Positions 27,825-38,400 of a stretch of 43,608 bases of DNA are shown piece after piece (the first letter of the stretch is position 1; each line of letters begins with the position of its first letter). Source of the DNA: Thermoplasmata archaeon (lineage in GTDB: Archaea > Thermoplasmatota > Thermoplasmata > UBA10834). The stretch covers positions 1-43,608 of the forward strand of contig JAEHCN010000003.1 of assembly GCA_020696395.1 (NCBI GenBank), read 5' to 3'. The translations under genes were made by a program, and so were the position numbers. The notes below the pieces were generated by a model that saw only the letters and a program-made list of their open reading frames with translations, searched no databases and had not been told where the DNA came from.

Positions 27825-28277
27825 TCACGGCCCAACCTTGGAGAACACCTGCGCAGTCTCGTCCCCCTCGTACGACTCTCGAAGGATCTGTCCCATGATC
27901 ACGCCGATCATCCCGCCGAGGAAGAAAAGCATCACCAGTATTACCGTCATGTTAAGGAAGAATAGCACGTACTGGCCTGGGAACATCACATCGAAGTCGT
28001 AGAAGAGGAAAGGAGCGGAGTAGGCGACTATTGCGAGAATGTATCCGACGAGGACGTACACTAGGATCGTCACGACCGCGATGTCCATCCTTCTCGTCAT
28101 GTAGCCCGAGGGCATGCCAAACAGGATAGACAGAAGGAACGCGACAAGCAGATTCTTCTGGAGAGACGGAGTCGAGATGTTCGGAAAGACGAAATCGAAG
28201 GTCATGAAGGCTATGGCAGGAGCGGTGATCAGCGCAAGGACGAGAATCCTGATCCAATCGTCCAACCGGACCTTCAT
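27825..28277 (-). CDS. Four-TM membrane protein, last gene of the peptide ABC operon
   Basis: Hydrophobic ORF with ATGA overlap to the upstream gene. Confidence 0.75.
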   Translation of the reverse strand: MKVRLDDWIRILVLALITAPAIAFMTFDFVFPNISTPSLQKNLLVAFLLSILFGMPSGYMTRRMDIAVVTILVYVLVGYILAIVAYSAPFLFYDFDVMFPGQYVLFFLNMTVILVMLFFLGGMIGVIMGQILRESYEGDETAQVFSKVGP

Positions 28278-28876
28278 AGATAGAGTCCCCCCAGATAAGT
28301 TCTCTCGATCTTGACCATGTCGTTAAGATATGCCTCCTTGGAGTACTGATAATCGTGGTCGAAGTCGGAGATCCAGGCTACGACCCTGAAGTCGTGGACG
28401 TAGGGAACAGACTCCATCGTGAGATCGAGCCCTTCCGAGGCGGAGTGGTTGATGTATCCGCTCAGACTCGCGAGCTTCTCCTGGTCGACCACGAACCCCT
28501 CGCGCTCGATCGTCATCGCTTCGTGCGCTCGCAGGACGGAGTATTCGGGGGAGACGCCGAAATGGCTGGTCATTGGGATGTAGGTCGTTCCCGTATCGGA
28601 GACGTTATAGACCTTCACGTTCCAGCTGATGCTGGAAATGACCAGCTCTTGCCGCGACGGATTGTCAAGGACTATCGTAAGGGATATCACTAGCGATCCG
28701 TTGGTGAGGAGTTCCGCCGTTTCGACAGCATCCCTGAACTCGACCTCCAACCTGGTGTCCATCACGCTCAAGTAGGTCGCTGCGGAAAAGATCAGCGCCG
28801 CCGAGAAGAACACGGCGGCCGCGATGGATAGAGTCGCGACGAACCATCTCTGGCGAAGCTCATCCTTCACGCCCAA
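28274..28876 (-). CDS. Single-TM protein with extracellular beta-rich (LEA2-like) domain
   Basis: N-terminal TM then ISLTIVLDNPS..ISSISWNV; 6 nt from the oppF stop. Confidence 0.7.
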   Translation of the reverse strand: MGVKDELRQRWFVATLSIAAAVFFSAALIFSAATYLSVMDTRLEVEFRDAVETAELLTNGSLVISLTIVLDNPSRQELVISSISWNVKVYNVSDTGTTYIPMTSHFGVSPEYSVLRAHEAMTIEREGFVVDQEKLASLSGYINHSASEGLDLTMESVPYVHDFRVVAWISDFDHDYQYSKEAYLNDMVKIERTYLGGLYL

Positions 28877-28882
28877 ATTCTC

Positions 28883-30754
28883 TCACCTTCCCAGGGGCAC
28901 GACTGTGCTAGTCTGTGGTGCTCCCCCTCTGAACAGATAGCACGCGACCATGTGTCCTCCGCCAACATCGTACAGGGGCGGGTCCTCAGTCTTGATGAAT
29001 CTGACTGCCACTACCTTCTGAGTAGTCTTCGTCCTCTTGACGGTGATCTTGCTCACCATATTGGCGCCGCTCCCACCGCCTTCTGTGGAGAACTGACGTC
29101 TGAGAACAGATTCGAGTCTGGTCCAGTTATCCTCTGGGCCCATGATGCTGATCCTCACCTTCCTGCCCTTCGTCTTGACCGGGAATAGGTGTGTCGACAG
29201 TTCCTTCTCGTCGGCGACACACCTCTCGACGTGCTTGGCCACGTCCTTTGCCACCGCAGCCGCCGGTCCCTTGGCGTCACCGCATGTGACTACAACGGAT
29301 CTTCTCGAAGGGTCCGGTGAGATGCTCTTGACCCCCCTGAACTCCGGTCGGTTCTTTCGCTTGTGGTATCGGACATAATCCTCCAGGAAGGCCTCGACTA
29401 CCTTCACGTTCTGGTCACCACCGCCCACCGATACGGTCAGACGGCCCCCCTCCTGCTTCATGTCGGAGATGATGTCGTGCATCGGGTGGTCTGTCTCTCG
29501 ATAGGTCACCGTTGACTCGATCAGGGCGAAAAGCTCGCGCGCGAGTTCATCGGCGGACATCTTCGTCGACTTGCATCTCATCTCGATGAATCTGTCCGTC
29601 AGAGTCGAGTCGATCGCCTCGACAGCCTCCACGATAGGATTCTGTCCCCTGGACTTCTCGAGCAGGTTCCTGATCGAGTCGATGACCGCCTGCGCGTCCG
29701 CGGCGTCCTTGATCCTGATCTGGAGTATGAATCCGCCAGGTTCGAGCCCATCAACGGCGCCTGCAAGGACGGCGTCACCTGCCAAGCGATTCTCCTCCTC
29801 CAGCCAATCGATGAAATCGGCAGCCTGCCATCCGCAGTCCTTGAACGACTTCGGGCACCTCGGCCTGAACCTGCATCCGAGAGGCACGTTCGCCGCACTC
29901 GGCACCTCTCCCTTGATCTGGATCCTTCCGTGCTTCGCATCAGGGTCTGGGACTGGCACGGCCGAGAGCAACGCCTGCGTGTACGGGTGTTTCGGCTCGA
30001 ATATCACAGTGTCGGTCTCGCCGAGTTCAACGGTCTTTCCTAGGTACATGACCGCGAGCCGGTCGCTTATGTAACGCGCCACAGCGATGTCGTGCGTGAT
30101 GAAGAGGTAGGGTATTCCATACTTGTCCCTGAGGTCGAGCATCAGGTTCAGAACACCTGCACGTATGGACACGTCGAGCATCGATACAGGTTCATCGGCG
30201 ACTATCACCCTGGGCTTGACCACGAGTGCCCTTGCGATGGATACTCTCTGCCTCTGACCACCGCTTAGCTCGTGCGGGAATCGGTTCAGATACTCCTTGG
30301 CGGGCGCCAGCCCTGCATCCTCGAGCGCCTGAACGACCATCTCGAGCCTCTCCTCGGCGGTCTCTCCGACGTTGTGGTTCTGCAGTGGCTCCATTATGGT
30401 CTGGAGCGCCGTCGTTCTCGGGTTGAGCGATTCGTAGGGGTCCTGGAAGACCATCTGGATGTTTCTGCGGAAGACCTTGACGTCCTGTCCTTCCAGGAGT
30501 GCGATGTCTCTCCCGAGGAAGAACACGTAACCATCCGTCGGGTCTTCGAGTCTGGTGAGCAGTCTGCCGACAGTGGTCTTGCCACAGCCGCTCTCCCCAA
30601 CGAGCCCAAGTATCTCCCCGGAGCGCAAGTCGAGGTTGACGCCATCCACGGCTCTGACGAAAGGTGTCTCCTTGCCGAACGACAGGAACCCTTTCTTGAG
30701 CTCGAAGTACTTCTTCAGGTCTCTGACCTTGATGATGATGTCCCCTGCCGCCAT
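28883..30754 (-). CDS. oppF: Oligopeptide/dipeptide ABC ATPase (OppF/DppF-like) with ~280-aa insertion in the C-terminal domain
   Basis: GESGCGKT, FQDPYESLNP, LSGGQRQR, ADEP, HPYT, CRFRPRC..C..ACYL. Confidence 0.9.
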   Translation of the reverse strand: MAAGDIIIKVRDLKKYFELKKGFLSFGKETPFVRAVDGVNLDLRSGEILGLVGESGCGKTTVGRLLTRLEDPTDGYVFFLGRDIALLEGQDVKVFRRNIQMVFQDPYESLNPRTTALQTIMEPLQNHNVGETAEERLEMVVQALEDAGLAPAKEYLNRFPHELSGGQRQRVSIARALVVKPRVIVADEPVSMLDVSIRAGVLNLMLDLRDKYGIPYLFITHDIAVARYISDRLAVMYLGKTVELGETDTVIFEPKHPYTQALLSAVPVPDPDAKHGRIQIKGEVPSAANVPLGCRFRPRCPKSFKDCGWQAADFIDWLEEENRLAGDAVLAGAVDGLEPGGFILQIRIKDAADAQAVIDSIRNLLEKSRGQNPIVEAVEAIDSTLTDRFIEMRCKSTKMSADELARELFALIESTVTYRETDHPMHDIISDMKQEGGRLTVSVGGGDQNVKVVEAFLEDYVRYHKRKNRPEFRGVKSISPDPSRRSVVVTCGDAKGPAAAVAKDVAKHVERCVADEKELSTHLFPVKTKGRKVRISIMGPEDNWTRLESVLRRQFSTEGGGSGANMVSKITVKRTKTTQKVVAVRFIKTEDPPLYDVGGGHMVACYLFRGGAPQTSTVVPLGR

Positions 30755-30756
30755 GT

Positions 30757-32040
30757 CTACTCCCTCCTCCTGAGCTCGTCCCATAGCTCTTTCGCATAGT
30801 GGCAGTAGGATATGTGCCCTGGCTCCACCTCTACTCCCTTGGGTCGCCCCTCTTGGCAGGCCTTTCTAGCGTGCTGGCACCGAGGATGGAACGGACACCC
30901 GCTCGGCGGCTCCACCAGGTCCGGTGGGAACCCGGGGATCGATATGAGCCGTTTCTTCTTCCCCTTGATGGAGGGGAACGATCCGAGGAGTCCCGCCGTA
31001 TAGGGATGAGCAGTGTTCTTGAAGACCTGCGTCGTCCTGCCGATCTCCATCATGAGTCCAGCATACATGACGCCTATCTTGTCTGAGACCTCTGCAACCA
31101 CTGATACATCGTGGGTGATGATCATCATGGCCATATTGAGCTGCTCCTGCAGCCTGCGTATCTCTGCGAGGATCCTGTCCTGGGTGATGACGTCCAGGGC
31201 CGTCGTCGGTTCGTCCGCTATCACGAACGACGGGTTCAGGGCCAGCGCGAGTGCTATCATGGCCCTCTGCTTCATCCCACCTGAGAACTCGTGCGGGTAG
31301 TTGTCGATCCTGTCTGGACCTATGCCGACGAATTCGAACAACTCTCTGGCCCTTTCGCGTGCCTCGTCGTCGCTGACATCTTTATGCAGCGTGATCGCCT
31401 CGATGATTTGGTCCCCGACCTTGAAGACCGGATTGAAGGCGTTCATTGCACCCTGGAATATCATCGATATCTCCGTCCAGCGGATCTTCCGTATCTTCTC
31501 GTTGTAGTCGTCGAGGGATCCGTCCTTGCGTATTGATATTCTGAGGAGATCGTACGAGTATGTGAGGGCCGAGAGTCTGTTCTCCAACTCGCTAGCCTCC
31601 GCTGTCAGCTCCACGAGACGTTTCTCGAGGATGGGAGATGATGAGGTCGACCCAGAGGCCCCCTTCTGCTGCGGAGATTTCGCTAACTCCTCCTGAAGCT
31701 TCCGCAGTTCACCCCGCAACGGACTTAGTTTACTCGTCACCCTTGCGATTTCCTTCTTCCTAGCCGTCGGTGCGCTCTTGAAACTCTCATCGTACTTCCT
31801 TCTCAGATCTGCGACCCTAGGGGGTTCCTTGAAGAATATGTGCCCCCCTTTGATGAACCCGTTGGGCGGCAGGAGCTGGGTGATGGCGTACGCCGCCGTG
31901 GTCTTCCCGCAGCCGCTCTCCCCAACGAGCCCCATGGTCTCCCCGAGATCGATGGTGAAGGTGATGCCGTCGACGGCCTTGACCCACCCTTCCTCTATCT
32001 TGAAATGAACCTTGAGGTTCTTGACTTCGAGCAGGGCCAT
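30757..32040 (-). CDS. oppD: Oligopeptide/dipeptide ABC ATPase (OppD/DppD-like) with ~90-aa coiled-coil insertion
   Basis: GESGCGKT, ISMIFQGAMNAFNP, FSGGMKQR, ADEPTTALD, HPYT, CPFHPRC..C..C. Confidence 0.9.
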   Translation of the reverse strand: MALLEVKNLKVHFKIEEGWVKAVDGITFTIDLGETMGLVGESGCGKTTAAYAITQLLPPNGFIKGGHIFFKEPPRVADLRRKYDESFKSAPTARKKEIARVTSKLSPLRGELRKLQEELAKSPQQKGASGSTSSSPILEKRLVELTAEASELENRLSALTYSYDLLRISIRKDGSLDDYNEKIRKIRWTEISMIFQGAMNAFNPVFKVGDQIIEAITLHKDVSDDEARERARELFEFVGIGPDRIDNYPHEFSGGMKQRAMIALALALNPSFVIADEPTTALDVITQDRILAEIRRLQEQLNMAMMIITHDVSVVAEVSDKIGVMYAGLMMEIGRTTQVFKNTAHPYTAGLLGSFPSIKGKKKRLISIPGFPPDLVEPPSGCPFHPRCQHARKACQEGRPKGVEVEPGHISYCHYAKELWDELRRRE

Positions 32041-32044
32041 GATA

Positions 32045-34306
32045 TCATCTCCTCCTGAGGCGTGGGTTCACGACCTCATCGAACGCCCTTCCTATCAGGT
32101 AGAACGCGAGTGACAGCAGCGTGATCGCGATCCCCGGGGGCAGGAGCCACCAGGGCGCGTCGAGCGAGTGTCCGCTGATCTGCAGGTACTGCAGCATCAT
32201 TCCCCATGTTATCGCATTGGGGTCTCCGAACCCGAGGAAGGCCAGGATGGCCTCGGTCACGATCGCCCCGCTGATCATGAATGTCATGTATAGGAACGCG
32301 AAGGGGAGCACGTTCGGGCCGATGTGCCTGAAGATGAGCCGCATATCCGATGCTCCAGCGACTATGGCGGCGTCGACGAACGCCCTTTTGCGCGTGGAGA
32401 GCGTCACCGACCTGATCACCCTGGCGATGCCCGCCCAGGATAGGATGGCGAAAATTATGATGATATTGAACAGCGAGGGCCCGAAGGCAGCTGCGAAAAG
32501 TAGCATTATGACAAGGTACGGCAGGCTCAGCATCACATCTGTCGCCCTCATGAGGAGCTCCCCGACGAAGCCCGAGTAGAACCCTGCGACAAGCCCAACG
32601 ATCGTCCCTATCACGACCGAGAAGAACGCTGCGGTGACGCCAACCAACAGCTCCGCCCGAGTGCCGAACATCACCTGGGTCAGGATGTCGTGTCCCTCGT
32701 AGTCCGTGCCAAGCGGATAGTAGTTGCCGGACGGATAAGTGCCCGGTGGTAGCGGGGCAATGTTCACTCCAGTGAGCGTCTCAACGAAGAGCGAGTTGTC
32801 CTCCGTTATCACTCCGAAGTAATTGCCGGTTTTCGAGTCTTCGATGTAGATGTTCCCAAGGAACGCCACAGGCGTGACAGCCCCACCTCCAGGAGCGCTG
32901 AAGGTGGCATTGATCTTCATCTCGTTCGTGATTAGATATATCGTCCCCTTGTCGGTGCTGAAAACGAATCGATACTGGCCACTGACATACTGTGGCGGGC
33001 TGTTGAGGTATCCGTCCACCGTCGAGAAGAGCGTGTTGTTGCTCCCGACCCTGCCTGTCTTCGGGTCGAGGCCAACAACGAGCCCTCTATCGCCCGTCCT
33101 GCCCACCATGACGAGATGCTCCGGCGAGGAATGGAGCGAGGATATATCGAAATCCCGTATGCCTGGAAGTATCGGTTTGCTCGACCAAGTCACGTTGCCC
33201 GTGAGTCTGTCATAGGCAACTACGCGTCCATCTGTCGTCGCAACGAAAACGGATTCCTTGCCGATCGCGGTGGTGGGCTGGTACGGGTACTGGAAGATGA
33301 TCATGTCATCGCCAACCACTGGTTCAAACGCCTCGTCTTCGACGGTGTAGTTACTCTCCCATCTGAGGGCGTCTATGGTTACGTTGAGGATCTTTCCCGT
33401 GAGCAGGGATTTCGTGAGGTTGAGGTCATAAGTCCTAAGCCCAACATCGGTGGGTACGATGAGCATGCTCCCGTTGGCGAAGTCTCCATCGACCACCAAC
33501 GGGTTTCCCACGATGGTCGCGTTGGCTATCGTGAGGTTGCTCGTGAAGGTGACTCCGTCCAAACCGGGTTCGGTGATGTCCGGCGGTCTCTTGTTGATCA
33601 TCCAGACGTTGTGGTCATCCGCGAATGCCATGGCTAGCCTGCCAACCTGATATAGCGGCGAGAATCCGTTCCATAGATTGGACGTGTACAGTGGAACGAA
33701 CGGTATCTCGTGCTCTCGGATGTACAGGAAATCATAGCTGTATTCGTACAATGTGGCTGATTGGTTGTCTCCTTCCTGGTTTGAACGGAGTACGAAGAAG
33801 AAAGTCTTGTAGAAGTGGGTGTAGTCCAGGTAGTCCGCTTCGGCGGGCAACTGTACGGTCGACGGTTCCTCGATATCTATGCCGAGCTCGCCCGTCTCCT
33901 CGCCACTGCCCGTCCTCGCAACTGGGTATACGATTACCGTACCTCCCTCTGAGTAGACCATCAGCCTCTCCATAGGCCTGTCCTTGAGGGTAGACGTCAG
34001 GCCAAGAATCTCCGTCCAGTTGCTATCAGAGGGTAGGTCTCGGGTTGCGTAGTCTGCTATGAAAGTGTCGATTGCGGGCGCCTTGAAATCCGCATTATAG
34101 GGGGCGGTCCAGGGTGCCGTGATGGCGATGACCAGGAATCCGAACACGATGCCCATGCCGGTCACACCCGTCAGCGACCTTCGATAGATCTTCCATGTGT
34201 TCCTCAGAGCTATCGCGATCCGTCTGGCTGTCTTTATGCCGGCCTCCTGGAGCTCCCTCGTATCGGGTCTTTTCGTCTGCTCTTTCGCCTCTTCTTCCTC
34301 TTTCAC
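32045..34306 (-). CDS. oppC: Oligopeptide ABC permease (OppC-like) with ~440-aa extracellular beta-propeller-like insertion
   Basis: YPLGTDYEGHD, EAA-loop FVDAAIVAGAS..IFRHIGPN, AFLGFGDP, NPRLR. Confidence 0.88.
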   Translation of the reverse strand: MKEEEEAKEQTKRPDTRELQEAGIKTARRIAIALRNTWKIYRRSLTGVTGMGIVFGFLVIAITAPWTAPYNADFKAPAIDTFIADYATRDLPSDSNWTEILGLTSTLKDRPMERLMVYSEGGTVIVYPVARTGSGEETGELGIDIEEPSTVQLPAEADYLDYTHFYKTFFFVLRSNQEGDNQSATLYEYSYDFLYIREHEIPFVPLYTSNLWNGFSPLYQVGRLAMAFADDHNVWMINKRPPDITEPGLDGVTFTSNLTIANATIVGNPLVVDGDFANGSMLIVPTDVGLRTYDLNLTKSLLTGKILNVTIDALRWESNYTVEDEAFEPVVGDDMIIFQYPYQPTTAIGKESVFVATTDGRVVAYDRLTGNVTWSSKPILPGIRDFDISSLHSSPEHLVMVGRTGDRGLVVGLDPKTGRVGSNNTLFSTVDGYLNSPPQYVSGQYRFVFSTDKGTIYLITNEMKINATFSAPGGGAVTPVAFLGNIYIEDSKTGNYFGVITEDNSLFVETLTGVNIAPLPPGTYPSGNYYPLGTDYEGHDILTQVMFGTRAELLVGVTAAFFSVVIGTIVGLVAGFYSGFVGELLMRATDVMLSLPYLVIMLLFAAAFGPSLFNIIIIFAILSWAGIARVIRSVTLSTRKRAFVDAAIVAGASDMRLIFRHIGPNVLPFAFLYMTFMISGAIVTEAILAFLGFGDPNAITWGMMLQYLQISGHSLDAPWWLLPPGIAITLLSLAFYLIGRAFDEVVNPRLRRR

Positions 34307-35265
34307 ATCCGCACCCTCGGGTCAAGGTATCCATATATCAAGTCCGCCGCGAAGTTGCCGAGAAGGACCATAAGGGTTATTATGTAGAGCGTGGCCTGGG
34401 CCACGGGGAAATCCAGCTGGAACAACGCGTTGATGTAGAGCGCTCCCATGCCAGGAAAGCTGAACACGTTCTCGAGGACCACAGCCCCTCCGATCGAGAA
34501 CACGAATGCGATGACGAACGAGGTGACAACGGGCAGCATGGCGTTCCTCGCGCCATGCTTGAACAGGACTTTCCTTTCGGGGAGTCCGATCGCCTTGGCC
34601 GTCACCATGTAGTTTTCGCCAATAACATCGAGCATGGCTGTCCTCATGAGCAGGACGGTGCCAGCAAGCGATAGGAGGAGAAGCACTATCATAGGCAGGC
34701 TCACATGCCAGAGGATGTCCACCAGATAAGGTAGGTTGTCAGTTGGGTCGTACCATCCCGTCAGCGGGAACCAATCGAGTTCGGACGCGAACACAACCAG
34801 GAATATCAGGCCGATCCAGAACGACGGCATGTTGTAGAACACGAGACTGATGACCACCGAGCTGCCATCGAGGACCCCGCCGCGTCGCCATGCGATCAGG
34901 GCCCCGAGGTATATGCCCACGATGTAAGCGAGTACCGTCGCCCCGCCGAACAGTAGCAGCGTCCGCGGTATCCGCTCCTTCAGGATGTTCCCGACTTCCT
35001 CCGCTTGGCTGAAGGATATGCCGAAATCGAATGTCAGCATGTTGACCATGTACATGGCGTATCTGTCCAGAACAGGGCGGTCGTATCCGAAGAGCTCCAT
35101 CATGAACTGTATCTGGGAAGGTTGCATATTCGGCGTCGTGGCGAGAAGATCTTGTGGTCTGGCGGGCAGCGCCTCGAACATGATGAAAATCAGCGTCAGG
35201 ATGATTAGCAGCGTGATGAAGGTCTGTATGCTGCGCACTGCCACATATCTAGCCATACCTGCCAT
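34303..35265 (-). CDS. oppB: Oligopeptide ABC permease (OppB-like)
   Basis: FDFGISF, RIPRTLLL, MPSFWIG, TAKAIGL..KHGARNAMLP, LDPRVR. Confidence 0.92.
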   Translation of the reverse strand: MAGMARYVAVRSIQTFITLLIILTLIFIMFEALPARPQDLLATTPNMQPSQIQFMMELFGYDRPVLDRYAMYMVNMLTFDFGISFSQAEEVGNILKERIPRTLLLFGGATVLAYIVGIYLGALIAWRRGGVLDGSSVVISLVFYNMPSFWIGLIFLVVFASELDWFPLTGWYDPTDNLPYLVDILWHVSLPMIVLLLLSLAGTVLLMRTAMLDVIGENYMVTAKAIGLPERKVLFKHGARNAMLPVVTSFVIAFVFSIGGAVVLENVFSFPGMGALYINALFQLDFPVAQATLYIITLMVLLGNFAADLIYGYLDPRVRM

Positions 35266-35411
35266 CGAGATGCCTCTCTTGACACGAGTACGCTTAGCTG
35301 CGTTACAATCGCAAACGCCCGTATTAAAGGTTTAGACGAAATACACGTCCCACATCAATCGAAAGCGTACCTGCTTGGAGCCACCCACAGAATCGAGGAA
35401 TGAAAATCGGG

Positions 35412-35434
35412 AAAAGGTTTTCTGAAGGGGTTTC
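35412..35434 (-). terminator. Putative terminator motif GAAACCCCTTCAGAAAACCTTTT after oppA
   Basis: Begins 15 nt after the stop; matches the motif at 6618-6640 at 20 of 23 positions. Confidence 0.5.
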
Positions 35435-35449
35435 CGCCTCGAAGGGCGC

Positions 35450-38400
35450 TTATTCCGTCTTCTCTTCTCCCAGCAGCTCCGGTTCAAGGACGGGCTCGTC
35501 CTCGGGAGGTTCCACCAGTCCCGTCTCTGGCACTTTCTTCGGCCTATACTTCATGACGAACACCAGAGCCACCACAGCGATGATCCATCCGATTGCCGCA
35601 AGACCCCAGGCAAGGATGCTCCCTCCCTCGGCGGCCGCCTCGAAGGTGAAGTCGACCTCCATCTCGCTCGAGACTCCCAGAGAGTCCGTCGCGGAGATTA
35701 CGATCGTGTGCTCTCCCTCCTCAAGGTCCTCAAGGGTCTCGGATATGGCGGCAGCCACCGATCCCGCGGTCACGGTCAAGTCTATGTCCGTCCCGTTGTC
35801 CAAACTCATGGTGGCCGACGCGATGCCGTTATTGTCGTAGATTGACGCCGTGAGAGTCGCATTTCTGCCCAAGACCTCTCCGTCGGCTGCCGGAGACGTG
35901 ATTACGATTTCCGGACCCAAGTTCTTCACGGCGATCATCATCTTCGCCGTTGAACCTTCAGGTGCTCCACCAGTCGCCAGCGAGATTGCGACCAAAGCCG
36001 CAGGCGCATCCTCTATGTTCGATGTGTCCACGACCATCGTAGCCACGCCATCGGCGTCCGTCAGGACCATTGGGGTCACTACTGTGCCCGCGCCCGTCGC
36101 TATGGAGACGGGCAGATCGGGGTACGGCTCGCCCATATCGTCAACGACGGTCGCCGTGACGTGCAGCTGATCCCCTATCATGTAGACATCGAGCATCGGC
36201 TCCAGTTCGAAGAAGACGGTGTCCCTCATGGTCTCTATGACGAGCTGCGTCTGGCTGAAGATGTTCATCGCACCGTCGACTTCTGCAATCACGTACATGT
36301 CTGGGTTGGTCGCATATGTCACTTCCGTGAACTCGCCGGTGTCCGGGTTCTCAGCTGCCGCGATGATCTCGAAGACGACCTTTCCAGTGGCGTCCGTCGT
36401 GCTATCTTCCGTGGTCACGCCGTAGTCGCCCGCCGGGTACAAGGACACCTCAGCGCCCTCTACGAGGGCGTTGTCCTCGTCGTACGCGGTCACCGTCACG
36501 TCTGTCACCTCGAACTCAGCGTCCTTGGCCGCAAGCACTGGTTTGTCGATCTCGTAGACTACAGTCGTGACCGCAGTGGCCCGGCTGTATCCGTAGTTGC
36601 TCGAGATTGTCGTCAGGCCAGTGATAACATGGTTGCCCGTGTCGGTGCTGAAGCTCCCCGTCGAGTTGGGGAGCAGAAACAGGTCCATCACGAGGTCCAA
36701 GTGCGCCATGTCCACGCCCTCCACGGTTATGGAGTACATCCCGTCGACCACTTCGATCCCGGGGGTGTCCACATAGACCCCCCAATCTGGGACGTCCGCA
36801 AACTCTGGCGCGGCGTACGAACCCGCGGACACGATGTTCTGTCCATCGGCCTCGGTGAGTATGTTGAGACCCGCGTAGTCCCAGAGAGTGTTCCACTGCG
36901 ATTCGTTCCAGTCGGTCAACTGTCCGTAGGCCGTGCCCGCGACCACAACGCTCGAGTTCACATTGGCTGGGTTGCCCTCGCTGTCGAACACATAGAACGT
37001 CACGTCGATCGTTCCGAGCGGGTCGACGAACTTCGGAGTGGCGTACTGAACATAGCCGCCGTACATGTCCGTCAGTCCACCAGCGTCAGAGTACGTTAGC
37101 GTGACAGCGTCCATGATCGAGTTGGCCACAGAGCCGTTGCCGATCGTGACCCTCAGAGCGGCGTCGACGCCGATGTCGTCTATCTCGACATCGAAGCTCG
37201 CAAGTCCTGACCCGTCCGTCGTCACTTTCGTCTCTGCGCCGACAACCATGGTGTCATCACTGTACGTGATATCTAGCATCTCGCTAGCCAACGGGCTGCC
37301 CGCAGCGTCCATTGCCATGACCTCTATCGTGGTCGTGGGCGATGCGCTGCTCAGAGCGGTGGTCGTGACCGATTCGATCGTGGTCATTCGCCAGACTGGC
37401 GCTGCGTCGTTATATATCACCATCGAGCTCGCCGCAAGGTTCGACAACGTGTACTTCGGGTGCGACACTGACGCAGCCAACGTCACCAACAGATGCTGGT
37501 TCTGCGTAGCCTCGTCAGGGGCTGAGTATGTCATCGTTCCCGCACCGTTCGCGTCCGTGAACACTGTGCCTGATTCCGGCGAAATCGAGCCATAGCCAAG
37601 CAGGTACGGGTCGATCGTCACATTCGCTCCCTCGACAGGGTCTCCGTTGACGTCTGTTACCCTGACGGATATCGCGACGTCCTCAGCAGCGACTAGGGCC
37701 GTCTTCGCCGGTATCACCTCGACGCCGAGGCCTCCGAGCGATGTCACTATGAGGCTCGACGAGTCGTTGGCCTCCAGCGTGCCGCTGGTAACGTTGACGT
37801 TAACGGCCGAAATGCCGGCCGCTTCGCCCATCACGGAGAACTCAAAGACACCGTTCGCGTCGGTCGTTCCGTCCGTGGGAGACGCCGCCGCTCCGCTGGT
37901 CACGTCCACCTCGACCGCTGCCCCAACGACAGGGTTGCCGAGATTGTCGATGGCCTTGACGTATCCGTCAACGCTCTGGTCGCACTTCACCTTCTCAGCG
38001 ATGGTGAGACCTGCGCTCAGGCTGGTGGTGACTGCACCCCCGCCCGTTGCGCTGCCCGCCCCTGAATACTCAAGCGTGCACAGATTGAACGGGTTCATCA
38101 GCGTGCCGTCGAATTGGGTCCAGTTGGTCCAAGTCTTGCTGTGCGCCTCGACGTTCACCCTGTAGTACAATACGTTGCACGGAACGGCGTCCGCGATGAT
38201 ATCCTGGCCAATCTTCACGTAGTTGATCTGCTCCGCCACATCGAAGGTCGCCCTCGCAAGGGTCTCATTCTCGGTGAACATGTCAACTAGCTCCATGGTC
38301 CTCTCGTCGGCGAGCGTGCTCACGCCGCCCAGGTCCTCGTAGAGTGGGTTCGAGTTAGTGTCGGACCAGAATGCCCAGTTGTTGCTAGCCGCGGCCGCTC

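Noticed and set aside
28990-31827. Inteins in OppD/OppF
   Set aside because: No intein terminal residues or LAGLIDADG motifs, and the insertions are not at conserved catalytic motifs.
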